In this document: positions 51,107 through 64,000 of the stretch, in pieces | How positions within the stretch are numbered: the first letter of the stretch is position 1 | Layout of the letters: every line of letters begins with the position of its first letter | Assembly (NCBI RefSeq): GCF_018977255.1 | Contig: NW_024704742.1 | Coordinates: 32,242,001 to 32,306,000 of the forward strand | DNA from: Callorhinchus milii | Taxonomy: Eukaryota | Direction of reading: 5' to 3' | Length of the DNA stretch: 64,000 nt | Position numbers and translations under genes: made by a program | The notes under the pieces: model-generated | Told to the model about the DNA's origin: nothing | What the model saw: only the letters and a program-made list of their open reading frames with translations | Databases searched by the model: none

Positions 51107-52131
51107 GCTTCTGCTTGTATCTCCTCTGGATTTCCCATTTGGACTTGTATCTCCTCTGGATTTCCCATTTCTGCTCGCATCTCATCTGGATTTAAAATTT
51201 CTGCTTGTATCTCCTCTGGATTTCCCATTCATGCATTGTATATCCTCTGGATTTTCCATTTCTGCTTTGTATTTCCTCTGTATTTCCCATTTCTGCTTGT
51301 ATCTCCTCTGGATTTCCCATTCATGCATTGGATCTCCTTTGGATTTCCCATTTCTACTTTGTATTTCCTCTGGATTTCCCAATTCTGATTGTATGTCCTC
51401 TGGATTTCCCATTTCTACTTGTATCTCCTCTGAATTTCCCCTCTATGCTTTGTATTTACTCTGGCTTTCCCATTTCTGCTTGTATCTCCTCTGGATTTCG
51501 CATTCCTTTTTGTATCTTCTCTGGATTACCGATTTCCGCTTTGTATCTCCTCTGGATTTCCCATTTCTGCTTGCACCTCCTCTGGATTTCCCATTTCTGC
51601 TTGCACCTCCTCTGGATTTCCCATCTCTGCTCGCACCTCCTCTGGATTTCCCATTTCTGCTTGCATCTCCACTGGATTTCCCATTTCTGCTTCTATCTCC
51701 TCGGATTTACCATTTCTGCTTGTATCTCCTCTCGATTTCCCATGTCTGCTGGTATCTCCTCTGGATTTCTCATTTCTGCTTGCATCTCATCTGGATTTTC
51801 AATTTCTACTGATATATCTTCTGGATTTCCCATTTTTGCTTGTATTGCCACTGCATTTCCCATGTCTGCTTTTTGTATTTTCTCTGGATTTCCCATTTTG
51901 CTTGTATCTCTTCTGGATTACCGATTTCTGCTTTGTATCTCCTCTGGATTTCCAATTTCTGCTTGTATTTCCTCTGGATTTCCCATTACTGGTTGCATCT
52001 CCTCTGGATTTCCCGTTTCTGCTTGTATCTCCACTGGATTTCACATGTCTGCTTGTATCTCATCTGGATTTTCCATTTCTGCTTGTATCTCCTCTGGATT
52101 TCCCATTCCCGCTTTGTATCTCCTCTGGATT
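51107..52131. repeat. 30-bp minisatellite TTCTGCTTGTATCTCCTCTGGATTTCCCAT
   Basis: About 33 diverged units. Confidence 0.95.
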
Positions 52132-52139
52132 GATCCTCT

Positions 52140-52662
52140 GTCATATTGTGATTCTCTAAGTATCCCATTATGACATCCTTAATTAAGGATTCTAGAATTT
52201 TCCCTACCACCGATGTCAGACTGACTGGTCTATAGTTCCCCATCTTTTCTCTCCCACCCTTCTTAAATAGTGGTGTGACGTTTGCGATCTTCCAATCAAT
52301 GGGAACTGTTCCAGAATCCAAAGAATTTTGGAAGATCAAACACAAGGCCTCCACTATCTCATGAGCTACCTCTTTTAAAATCCGAGGATGCAAACCATCA
52401 GGTCCAGGGGAACTGTTGCTTTTTAATGCCAACAATTTCCCTAGCACCAATTCTTTGCTAATGTAAATTTCCCTAAGTTGCTCCCGATCATTAGCCCCTT
52501 GGTTCATCTCTATTTCTGGTAAACTTCTTGTGTCTTCTAACGTGAAGACAGAAGCAAAGTATTTGTTTAGGGACTCTGCCATATCCTTATCCCCCATTAT
52601 AATTCCTCCTGTCTCTGCCTGTAATGGACCCACATTTACTTTTGCTAGCCTATTCCTCTTAA
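52140..52662 (-). mobile_element. CR1-clade LINE ORF2 fragment
   Basis: SPGPDGLHPRILKE, DWKIANVTPLFKKG, NYRPVSLTSVVGKILE. Confidence 0.9.
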
Positions 52663-53291
52663 TGCCGAAACCCTTACCCATGCATTAGCCACATCAAGGC
52701 TCGATTACGGAATCCCCCTCCTCATCGGCCTTCCCAACTCTTCCCTTCACAAGCTGCAGATAATCCAAAACTTTGCAGCTCGTGTACTCTCACGCACCAG
52801 GCTCTGTAACCCCATCACTCCCACTCTCGCCCAACTCCACTGGCTCCCCATCCCCCAGAGGATCGAGTTAAAGATCCTTGTGCACATTTTCAAGACCATC
52901 CATGGCCTTGCCACCTCCTTACTCTTTGACCTGCTGACTGCCTACCAACCTGCCCGCTCCCTCCGCTCATCAGGCTCCGATCTGCTCCATGTCTACCGCC
53001 CGACCCGCCCTACTATCAGTAGCCGGGCTTTCAGTCTCTCTGCCCCCACACTCTGGAACTCCATCCCACGGCCCTTCGCCTTGCTTCCTCCCTTGCCTCC
53101 TTCAAGGCCGGTCTCAAGACCCTTCTCTTCGATCGTGCCTTTGGTCGCCCTATCAACTCTCTGCCTTCCCTCACCCCTACACTAGCCCTACCCCATGCTC
53201 GGGCCCCGATACCTGACTGTTCAGCGATTCAGAACGTCCTCCCGACGTAAAAGGCGCTCTATAAATGTAATTTTGTTATTGTTGTTGTTGT
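52663..53291 (+). mobile_element. L2 3' fragment
   Basis: Collinear with 60938-61561. Confidence 0.85.
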
Positions 53292-54263
53292 AAACAGTGA
53301 TTGGAACAGGTTGCCAAGAAAGGTGGTAGAGGCCAGCACACTGGACTCATTCAAAAAGCAGCTTGATGCAGTAATGGGGTGAGGGGTGGGAGAGGAGATG
53401 GTACTTTGACTTGGGATCCTTTAACTGAAGAAAGAGAACTTAATTCCACCCAGTCTGGGCTGATGCAGTCGCAATATGCTTTGCTTTTATTTTCAAAATT
53501 TGTACAAATGTGCTAATGTCCAATTAAGAAGTGTTAAACAATTTTGTAGCTTTATTAGGACTCATGTAAATGATTCTAATAGAAAGATTAAGCAATATAA
53601 TTTAGTAGTTACCAAGATGGGTCAAGCAGATAAACAATTATTTTATATAGAAATCGCAGAGATACTGGACTCTGCAGGTAAAAGAAAACACCCATCTTTC
53701 AGGCCATGTTAATCAGCCATGCAATGGATTCAGATTATTGCATTAAAGAATTTTCCTCTGACTTTATGGCATGAAAAGACTTCCAAGTAGATTTTCACAA
53801 TCACAACCTGGGAAAGTTCAACTCAATCTTTTTGATCAGCTCCAGCTTTTGTTATTGTTTATAGCATCTCATTTCACGAGTGGTTTATGTTGTAGATTCC
53901 AATAAGTTTGAGATGACTCATTTCACTTTTTTATGTTCAGCTTCCCGTCCAACACATTAGGAAGCCAGTACCTCATTTGGCTGCTCTATGGGCAGTTAGA
54001 AACACAATGGCAGTCTTCACATCACAAAAACAGTCAGCCTGTAGGTTTTCAGATGGATCAGACTGTCTTTACAAACAGCAGTGCCGCTCGTTTACTTTTA
54101 ATGTTATGGATCAAAACCCCACATTCTAATGGAATTGCTCTGTACTTCTTCTCATTAGTTTACAATAGTCGCAGAAACAAATCTTTTCATGTAGTTAAAC
54201 AGTACCTGATCATTCTCTGTATAGAAACTGCTAACGTTTAACAAGAAGTAATTACAAAGTCAC

Positions 54264-54431
54264 CGTAGCCATTTGAGCTGCAGTTTCACCTTTTGCACCG
54301 AGATAAAGCATAGCCAGAGCCGCTGATATGCTTAATGGAGACACAAAGACATTTCCACTTTCATCAGCTTTGTTCAACTCCTTGAAGAGCTCCAGAGCAA
54401 AATTGGTATTTGCAGCACATAAAGGATCCAT
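54264..54431 (-). CDS. Clade B serpin (ov-serpin) first coding exon
   Basis: [56 protein letters not shown]; 168 bp from ATG, acceptor at 54443-54444, GT donor at 54262-54263; downstream exons not found in the window. Confidence 0.88.
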
Positions 54432-55038
54432 CGCCAAGGAACCTGAAAAAGAAACACACTTTGATAACATTTGCTTTTTTCTTCTGATCCTTATCAAAAA
54501 AGATGATTTTGTTTGGAGGCGTTTGCCGAACTCCTGCGGAGAACAGGTTCCAATCAGCCTGGCAGGAGGTGCACTGATGGTTTATATGGTAAAGATACAA
54601 ACATTAACTTCCAAACAACTGGAAAACCAAATTGACCTGACAACCCAACTTACAATGTTGGTAACAACTGCAAGATTGAAGTTGTGCCAAGTTACTGACA
54701 ACAGGCACAACTGTCATTACCTTTTGTGTAAACAGTTAGGTTTTATATATAAAAAAAACACGACGACTCCCAGCTCTGGTCTCTCTGCATGAATCCATGA
54801 GACATGAGGAGACCAGACTTGAGCTCAGCTTGGAGGAATTGCACGCCGACACACATTAGCAAATGAACTGCTTAAGGCAAGGATCACGGAACCAACCTCC
54901 AGCAGCGATCACGGGCTTGTATAGTGTTGTAAATAAACAGCAGCAGCCGTGCGGGGAAGGGCAGGGGCTCAGCTCAGCGTCAGTGTGTGGAATGGAAAGG
55001 AAAGGCTGAGAGGACAGAGTGGTAAGAGACGCAGTCCC

Positions 55039-55193
55039 TGCAGCCCCGCCTGTGCACACACTGACTGCAGCCGCTGTGCACACACTGGCTGCAGCCGCTG
55101 TGCACACACTGGCTGCAGCCGCTGTGCACACACTGGCTGCAGCCGCTGTGCACACACTGGCTGCAGCCGCTGTGCACACACTGGCTGCAGCCG
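55039..55193. repeat. 24-bp minisatellite GCAGCCGCTGTGCACACACTGGCT
   Basis: About 6 units. Confidence 0.92.
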
Positions 55194-58100
55194 CAACCTG
55201 CAAAAAAAAATCATGTTTGCCATGAAACCAAATTTGTTATCTTTTATAAATTAGTCTTTTCATGCCAATAAAATGTAATAATACTTCAAATCATAATAAA
55301 TCATTGCATTTGATACAATGTCTGCAATGTTGAAACATCTCAGCATTTCAAAAGCAATTGTGTCAAATGCTCTGAATCAACTGTGTAGATTATGGTCTGT
55401 AAAATACAGCAAAGAACCTTTGGTAGATACTTTTATTGTTGTGCGTGTTTGTTGCAATTGTTAAGCAGAGCTCTTCCAGGCTGGGATTAACTTAATACCT
55501 ACTTCACAAGCTCATGGCCCAAAGAGAAAACTCTGAAGGTTGGGGCGACAGTTGCTGGAAGACATTACCTGGAGTCTGAGTTCGTGAACACACGTTCGTA
55601 CGTCCAGCGCCTGGAATCCACCTTGATTTGCCTGCAGAGAGGCAAACAGCTTCTGCTTAAACTCTGTACCTCCAACTGGTGGAACCATCAGTCAATGGGA
55701 AGGGATGAGAGCTGTGCTACAGGAAGACGATGGCAATGCTCTCACACATTTCATACTGAGATACATCGCCAACCAGGAAGCTCGCAGGGGAATAAATCCT
55801 TCAAAAAATACAATAATAATTTGGTAACTCAATCCTCAATTGTTTGTGCAACACTGCTGTGTGCAATTGGCTGCCGCGCTTCGCCCACAAAATATACAGT
55901 TATTTCACTTTACAGCATATTTTGTGAATCGCTTCGAGATGTCTCAAAGATGTGATCAAACACTGTATCAAATTCAAGAATTATATTATATATTTTATAC
56001 TAATAATTATTTTTATTTTAAAAGAAAGAACTACGTAGTACATCAATTGAGAATTGAGAAACATTACAAGGGACATAAGGGATGGAAAATAAATGCTAGG
56101 CTTGATCACTCGTGAAACATCACTTCAGTACCCTTAGGTTTTGTTAAACTGGCAAGGAAGGGAACTCCAAGAGGCTGTTGCTAATAACCAGAATACAAAT
56201 AATAATAATAATCCTTGCATTTGATATAGCGCTTTTCACGTCATCTAGACATCTCAAAGTGCTTCACAGAATAGATTGTAAAGTGAATTGACTCTATATT
56301 TTTGGGCGAAATGCGGCAGCCAATTGCGCACAGCAGTGTCCCACAAACAGTCGTGGATTGAAATGACCAATCACAATTTGATCCAAGAACCAGAGCAGGA
56401 TGTGGAGTTTCACTGAATCTAAACAACAACCATTCCGTTGTTATTTGCAGACCATCTGATCTGGCCCCAGTTTTGTACATTCTTATGATTTAAAAACCAG
56501 ATCAGTAAATCTATTATTTAAAGTATTCCATTCTCACTGAAAGGAGATGCCTTAAGCACTCAGACATCACTTATCCTGTGTGAAGGGCGTTTTATAAATG
56601 CAAGGTATTGATCAAGTTTCCTTAAATTGCTGAGATTAATGCAACAATTATTTACTCCCTGGAGAAATCCAGTGATCAGTTAATAGAAATAAAGAACTTT
56701 TATTAACTAATTGTATCGCATTGAAATATTTCAGCTAATATCTTTCAATTGTAGAAAGCTATATTATTTAGGTAGGTAGATACTTCTATGGTGTTAAATT
56801 GATTGAGAGATACATACTACAAAGAAATCTAATAAGAGTACTAAATATACAGTCAATTCACTTTACTGTGTGTTCTGTGAAGCGCTTTGGGATGTCCTCC
56901 CGACGTGAAAAGCGCTATATCAAATGCAAAGATTATTATTATTATTATTACAGCTGCAAAAATATTGTGGATGCAAGGTTCAATTGTACAAGTTTGAAAA
57001 TGTGGAGTGAAACAGTGCTCTCTGGTGGCAATCAAGTGGACATTGGGTTGAATTGGTAAAGTTTCATGATATAGCTTTCATGCATAAGGATAATAAGAAA
57101 CTTCAATAACACCTCCAGGTTTCGAAAGGCCAGGCCAGTATCCAAAGACTTTGAAACGATTATTGGGGTGGGAATGTGTGAATGTTCCAGAGTTTCGGGG
57201 CGTAGTAGCTGAATGCGCGACCTCCAATGGTGGAGCGGAGGGTGCGAGGGACAAAGCAGGTGGTCGGTGCCAGTTGACCGTTAAAACAATTTTGTAGGTG
57301 AAATATGGCTTTGAGACCAATTTTATTAAGTGTGAATATTGTAAATATATGAAACATCCAAGTTAATATTTTATAGATAACATTAGCTTCCTCCTCCTCC
57401 CCACACATCTAGCATCTTCTAGCACCCCTCCCTTGCCTTCAATAACACCTACTCCTTCTGCTACAGCTCCTACCATTGCCCCCACCCTACTCTCCATTGT
57501 CAGTTACACTTCCATTCCTTGTCTGCTGAGCCAACCGCTCTCAGCAACTCTGATTAAGATGGGGACACAGGGATCAATTCAATGTTAGAATCCATTCAAT
57601 CCAGGAAGGCCCTGTATTCCGGTCTGTTGACAGACTAAGCAGCCTGGCTCAATGGCAGAAGTTAAGTGACTGGTCACTAGAAGCAGGAATACTTTCCTCT
57701 CAGCAAATGTTAACCCTGAATGCCAATGCCCTAATGGATAGAGATGGTCCTTAGTGGATAACAACAACAAATTGCATTTATATAGTGCCTTTCACATCAG
57801 GAGGACATCCCTAGATGATGGAAAAGCAGCATGTCCGGTCACTTTGCACTGATATTCTTCCTCTATCCTTCCGCCTCCCTCTTCTTTCCCTATCTTCAGG
57901 TACACCTGCAGTCCTTCTTCTTCGATGGTGCCTACGGTCACCTCCCTACAGCTCAGAATTGTGCTGCACCGCTGTCAAGTGCTCTGGGAAGCTGCCCTGC
58001 ATGAGTGCTGCTTATATGAATGCAAATTGTTGTTGCTTTCAATAGCAAGTGAAGCTGATTTAGATGGTTAAATTCCAGCAGCACTCAACATATTCTGGTT

Positions 58101-58715
58101 CCCAAACCTTGATTTTTATTTGTGCCTAATACTCTTCAGAATTAGGTAAGCAGGGTGTATCTGTCCAGAGGATGCTTCACAGGGATGAGATTGTACACCA
58201 AGCAAGAGTGAGGAGGGGGAAAACTAGATGGCTGTAGGCATGTTTAAAGAGGTAATATTTGAAACAAAACTAAATTCATAGAATTAAACAGCACAGAAGG
58301 AGGCCATTCAGCCCATTGTGTCTGTGCCGGCTCTTCAAAAAGAGCTATCCAATTCCATCCCACTGCCCCACTCTCTCTCCTGCAGGGAATATAATAATAA
58401 TAATGCTGTGTAAGGCTTGCTTTAGCCGGGCGCCAGTTAACACCGGACGCCTGGTAAGTCAGACGCCCGGCCCGATTCATTTGTATTCTCAGCTATTTTA
58501 AATATGCCGGTTGATTTGGACAAAAAGCCGGTTATTTCAGACAAAATGCCACACAGGTCAGCGCTGCACAACTCACTCTGTGTCTCAAGAGGCTCCAATC
58601 ATCCACAAGCGGCTCCGGGATGGAGATGGGAGGAGTCAAAATGTGATAGATTTACAGCAGACTCCAGACATTCCCCAGCGACTGTGGACAGTCTTGGCAT
58701 CTTTTTGCATTGTGT

Positions 58716-59292
58716 TTAAGGAGAGGAGAATCTCCCAAAGAACAGGATGTTGCGAGTTTTGCTGTGCCTGATGAAAAACAAGAATGGATGGTCAGCCACA
58801 AACTCCATTGTAATCGTTGCACATCGTAACATCATAATAGCTGCCGTGGCAGCTGCTGCTTCTGTACCTTCTTCATTAACTTCCACAGAGGTTTTGTGAA
58901 CAACTTTTGACAAAACCAGGTCATTTTTCTCAGTCATTCCCGAGAAATTTGACTTCAAAGCATCAAAAGCATCAACCGGTCATCTTCAATCTACGACTGT
59001 TTGTGGGACATTGCTGTGCGCAATTGGCTGCGGCGTTCGCCCACAAATATACAGTCAATTCACTTTACAGTGTGTTCTGTGAAGCGCTTTGGGACGTCCT
59101 CCCGACGTGAAAAGCGCTATATCAAATGCAAGGATTATTATTATTATTATTATTATTACCACCAAGTGTTGAAGTGAAGTCGTAGCTGTTCTCCATCTTA
59201 CATTCGGGGAACATTAGATCAACCTCATCATTATCCATGTTGTCTGGGTTGGTTCAATCTAACAGCTTATCAAAAGTTAGGCCATTTTGAAG
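58716..59292 (-). pseudogene. SERPINB6-like last exon, disabled
   Basis: Reactive loop [23 protein letters not shown] and [13 protein letters not shown]...GRFSSP*; in-frame TGA at 59254-59256 (conserved Trp position) and a SINE inserted at ~58978-59158. Confidence 0.9.
58978..59158 (+). mobile_element. 5'-truncated SINE inside serpin exon
   Basis: Near-identical to 47799-47974, with (ATT)n tail. Confidence 0.88.
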
Positions 59293-60157
59293 CTTAGAAA
59301 AAAGGGGGAAGGGAGTAAAAACAGCTTATTATTTGCTGAAACATCAGATAAAGGTTAGGTCACCGTTGCGAGCATTCCATGTAGTTTTTGGATCGCCATT
59401 TTAAAGAAGCAATAGAGGAGATTCACAAGATTGAAAGGATATAGTTTGTAGTTTTATGGAGAGACTTAGAAAGGTGGGACTGTTTCCCCTGAAGCTGAGA
59501 AACAAATCTAATGGTCTCTCATAATTAGATATTTAAGCAAAGAACATCAGCTAATTGGTCAAAGTGGACCAGTTAGCAGAACGATGGGAGACAAAATCAA
59601 CAATGAACCCTAAGAACATACACTAACTGCCATTTATAATGAACTTGAAGACATCTTCCTGTTTTGAAAGGTTTTACATCAAATGTACGGATTAATTATT
59701 ATTCTTATTAGGATTATCACAGCAAAGTTACCATGGTCAGTTCTCCATCCCAGTATAAACTAGACACAAACTGCAGTGTAACATTCATTGAAACAAAACT
59801 AAAATATTTATCTTGCTTTTACTAACTCAGTTGCAAGAATCTGAGGTCATCAACCTAGTCACTGATCTCCACGTAGGTCTCTGCTGTGAAAGAGTCAGAG
59901 CTTCCAATGGTGAAAAGGAAACATTGACAATTCTGGTCTGTGACACTAGATGGAGCATATACTGTAAATTGAATTGTCTGTATATTTTGTGGGAGAATGC
60001 CATTGAAATGTGAAGTTAATCAGATCAAACTATACAGGCGAACCCCGTTATAACAACAACAAATTACATGTGTATAGTGGTAAGATGTCAGTAGGAGTTG
60101 CACCATGGAGGGGCTTGTAACAAACAAGTGTGTCAGCTCACAACTCTGCTCAAATCG

Positions 60158-61561
60158 TAAGTGGCCTCCCAGCTTCGCTCTTTCCTCTCCTCTCACTCCC
60201 TCTATGAACCCCTCCAATTGGGTTTCCATGCTGCCCACAGCATGGAAACTGCTCTGGTCAAGGTCACAAATGACATCCTGACCATGTGTGACCAGAGCTC
60301 CCTCTGCCTCCTCATCCTCCTCGACCTCTCCACCGCCTTTGATAATGTGGACCACTCAATCCTCCTCCACCGCCTCTCCTTCCACCTCAACCTTCAAGGT
60401 TCTGTCTTTGACTGGTTCAGGTCCAACCCTTCACACCGCCTCCACTTCATCGCGACAAACGGTTTCTCCTCCAGTCTCTGCACCGTCTCGTGTGGTGTCC
60501 CTCGGGGTTCTGTCCTCGGACCCCTCCTCTTCACCCTCTACATGTTCCCCCTTGGTGATGTCATCCGCAGACATAGGGTAAACTTCCACATGTTTGCAGA
60601 TGACATCCAACTCTACCTCTCTGCCTCCACCCTGTACTCCAGGACTACTGAGGTCCTGACTGACTGCCTGTCCGACATCAAGTCCTGGACGAGGGCCAAC
60701 TTTCTCCAACGTCAGCAAAATCCTCCTGATTGGCTCGCACCAGCGCCTCCACACCTTAGGCATTGGCAACATCAGCCTCCATGGCTGCACACTCAACCTC
60801 ACTAAGCCAGTCAGGAACCTGGGTATCTTGTTTAACCCTGAACTGTCCTTTCTCCCCCACATCCGCACCATGACCAGCACTGCCTACCACCACCTCCGCA
60901 ACATTGCCAAACTCCGCCACTGCCTCACCCCTCAGGCTGCCGAAACCCTCACCCAAGCATTCGTCACATCAAGGCTCGATTACAGGAACTCCCTCCTCAT
61001 CGGCCTTCCCAACTCTTCCCTTCACAAGCTGGAGATCATCCAAAACTCAGCAGCTCATGTATTCTCACGCACCAGGCTCCGTGACCCCATCACTCCCACT
61101 CTCGCCCGACTCCACTGGCTCCCCATTCCCCAGAGGATCGAGTTCAAGATCCTCGTCCACACCTTTAAGGCCATCCATGGCCTTGTCCCCTCCTACCTCT
61201 CTGACCTGCTGCCTCCCTACCAACCTACCCGATCCTTCCGTTCCTCAGACTCTGGTCTGCTCCATGTCTCCCGTCCGACCCGCCCTACCATCTGTGGCCG
61301 GGCTTTCAGCCTCTCTGCCCCTACACTCTGGAACTCTATCCCACGGTCCCTTCGCCTCGCTCCCTCCCTTGCCTCCTTCAAGGCCGGTCTCAAGACCCTT
61401 CTCTTCGATCGTGCCTTTGGTCTCCCTCCCACCTCTCTGCCTTCCCTCACCCATACACCACCCCTCTGCCATGCTCGGGCCCCGACACCTGACTGTTCAG
61501 CGCTTTGGGACGTCCTCCCGATGTGAAAAGCGCTCTACAAATGTAATTTCGTTGTTGTTGT
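60158..61561 (+). mobile_element. Relatively young 5'-truncated L2 LINE
   Basis: ORFs 60161-60805 (HSMETAL, DLSTAFDNVDH, PRGSVLGPLLF, FADDIQLY) and 60828-61526; (GTT)n tail. Confidence 0.92.
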
Positions 61562-62095
61562 TTATGTATTACAACTCTGACTTAATTTAAGGCTTTCGGA
61601 TGTTGTCATAATATATGCTTGTATCCATTAAATGTTTTAAAGTTATTTTGAGAAGTGTCTATTTTAAATTTGTTGATATAAACGGGATACTGGTTTTGTT
61701 CTCCCAATTCGAGAAACCTCGACTCTAATCACTGAAACACTGGCTATAAACTACCAAACTCTGTGACATTTGGCACATTTTATAAATAAACTATTATAAC
61801 TTGCTGCTTTGGATCCATAAGCCCAAACATCACATTCTAATGGGGAGCAGTCAAATTGGCCATCACATATGATTTCCTGTGCACTGTGTCGGGAACTGAT
61901 TTGCGGATCCAATGCACGACTGCGTTATACACAAAAACTGACTTAGCCTGATGTTCTTTACTGAACTATACAAATGTTCTTTTTATTAGGTGAGAGCTTG
62001 TACCAGGAAGAAAGAAAGAAATATTGAAATAGTATTGACCAGGCATATTGATACTGTATTAATATAATGCTGAGATAGAGCTTGTATTTTAATTA

Positions 62096-63003
62096 CAACA
62101 ACAACTTGCACTTATATAGCGCCATCCACTCAGGGTAGAGTCTCAGAGGGCTTGACAGTGACAGAGCCTGACTCCTAGCCAGGGGAGTTGGGTGTGGTGA
62201 CCGTAAGCATGGTTGAAAAGGAAAGTTTTCAGTCGGGACTTGGAAAAGAGGAGAAAGGAGGCAAGGTGGAGGGATTTAGGGAGCGTGTTCCAGAGTTTTG
62301 GGGACAGTGGCTGAATATGCGACTTGATCAGTAAAGTGGAGGGTGCGAGGGACAAGCAGGAAACCGGTGTCAATCGAGCAGAGGTGCCGGGTAACGGATT
62401 CGAGGGTATGGGATTGAAGGGAATTGAACACGAGTGTGAAGATCTTCAAGTCGATCTGTTCGGTGATGGGGAACCAGGGGAGCCTGGCCAAACCTGGTGA
62501 GATGGGAGTGCGGAGTTTGATCTGGGTAAGTATTCGGGCAGCAGTTCTGAATGAGCTGGATTTTCTGAATAGTGGAGCAAGGGAGACCGGCGAGTAGTGC
62601 ATTTGGGTAATCCAAGCAGGAGGTGGCAATATGCATATAGGGTTTCGGCTACATTTGCAATAATGTACGGTGGGAGGCAGGCAATGTGGCGGAGGTGAAA
62701 GAAGATGGTCCTGGCCAGAGTCTGGATGCGGGGAAGGAAGGACAGTTGGGGGTCAAACCGGATGCCGAGATTGCGCACTGGTTCGGTGAATCTGAGGGAT
62801 AGCCCAGGGAGGTTGAGGAGTTCAGATCCACAGGAGTCAACATGTTGATGGGAGCCAAGGAGTACGGCTTCCGTCTTGTCCACATCCAGCTGCAGGAAGT
62901 TTGCACTCATCCAAGCCCTGATGTCCGCCAGACAAGCTGATAGAACACCGGCGGACCCGGAGTCGATACTGGAGGAGGCAGAGTAGATTTGTGCGTCACA
63001 TTG
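62096..63003 (-). mobile_element. Older L2 3' fragment
   Basis: CLADIRAWMSANFLQLDVDKTE and VRNLGIRFDPQLSF; tail at 62096. Confidence 0.85.
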
Positions 63004-63028
63004 ATCAATATTAGTATCTATACTGATA

Positions 63029-63153
63029 TGTGTAACTCTCAGTTCTGACGAGGGGTCGTCGACCCGAAACGCTGACTCACGTTCCTTTCTCCATAGATGC
63101 TGCCTGACCTGCTGAGTGTTCCCCAGCTCTCTCTGTTTTTGTGTAACTCTCAG
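63029..63153 (+). mobile_element. Penelope-like pLTR fragment with minimal hammerhead ribozyme motif
   Basis: CTGACGA (63045-63051), stem GGGTCG/CGACCC, GAAA (63066-63069); flanked by a 14-bp direct repeat TGTGTAACTCTCAG. Confidence 0.65.
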
Positions 63154-64000
63154 CCTGGTTTTGACCCTTTTAAGCCTGGTGATGGGTTTCCACATGTGTC
63201 AAGACAAAAAAAAAAGCAGTGTCCTGCAGTTACCACGTCCTGACAGTAGATGGAGCGACATGTTCTGGTTATAGTTACTCTATCCATCCATTAGGTAGTG
63301 CTGTGGTTCCTCAGTGCAGCTGTAGATGATTCTCCTTTGAGTCCAGTTTCTACCACTGGGTTATTCCCAATTATTTTCTGTATTCTCAGGTACACCGCGA
63401 GGTGGCGCTGCATCATTTATTATTATCGGGCAGTTTTACAACCTGGAAAATATTCCAAAATAATGTTGTAGTTTCGTCCACTGCTTAATCATATTTGGTC
63501 TCTTATTGCTAACTGTGATTCCTGAAAAGGAAAACGGGGGGTAAATAAAATTAGTATGGATGCATCATTGCAGCTCGCTCACTCCGCTCTTTCGAGGCAC
63601 ATTTCCCTCCACACGCACACCCCTCAGGACCCACTTCTCGCTCGGCTGCCCATTCCAGCCCTATGAATCGCTTTGAGATGTCCTGCCGATGTGAAAAGCG
63701 TTATATAAATGTAGATTGCACTGCGTCATTTGGCTTCCAGATGTCTTTTTTGAGGCCGTATCATTCTGGCACAATCAGATTGTACAGAGCTTCCGTCTAA
63801 ATGACCAATACCCACAGACGAATGAGGTTTCCAGAGCTGGAGACACATGAGGCATCACCCCCTCAACTGTTTTGAGTGAGGCAGGAAATGCAACTGGCAT
63901 CCAGGCAGTGCCTTGAAAAACTGCGGAGCAGCCTGGCTCAGGACCCAGACACCTGCTACTGCCACAGAGGATTGACATTCTGTTGCTAAAACCAGTTTAG

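Noticed and set aside
51086..52173. Repetitive ORFs or CRISPR-like periodicity
   Set aside because: Head-to-tail 30-bp minisatellite with no unique spacers; eukaryotic context and no cas genes.

Overview
Vertebrate genomic DNA with spliceosomal introns and dense L2/CR1 LINE and tRNA-SINE remnants; the repeat types suggest a cartilaginous fish (inference, no database check). The window is dominated by a ~26 kb imperfect palindrome: left arm ~9444-21441, spacer of ~770 bp, right arm ~22210-35425. Each arm carries a captured, incomplete ACAT2/TCP1 tail-to-tail locus (ACAT2 promoter, exon 1 and exons 4-9; TCP1 part of exon 8 and exons 9-12; intronic H/ACA snoRNA SNORA20). The left arm has extra disabling lesions. 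The most unusual signal is a quasi-palindromic 15/16-bp unit, (GGGCCGGTCCCTGCAA)n / (GGGCAGGTCCCTGCA)n. It occurs in short tandem tracts at the arm ends, at the mid-exon TCP1 break and at the L2-ACAT2 promoter joint, and I did not see it elsewhere, so it may be a junction or healing repeat. The right third holds two clade-B serpin fragments (one a SINE-disrupted SERPINB6-like last exon), minisatellites and a Penelope-type hammerhead ribozyme remnant. Gene identities and exon numbering come from my recall of the human orthologues; coordinates were read by eye.
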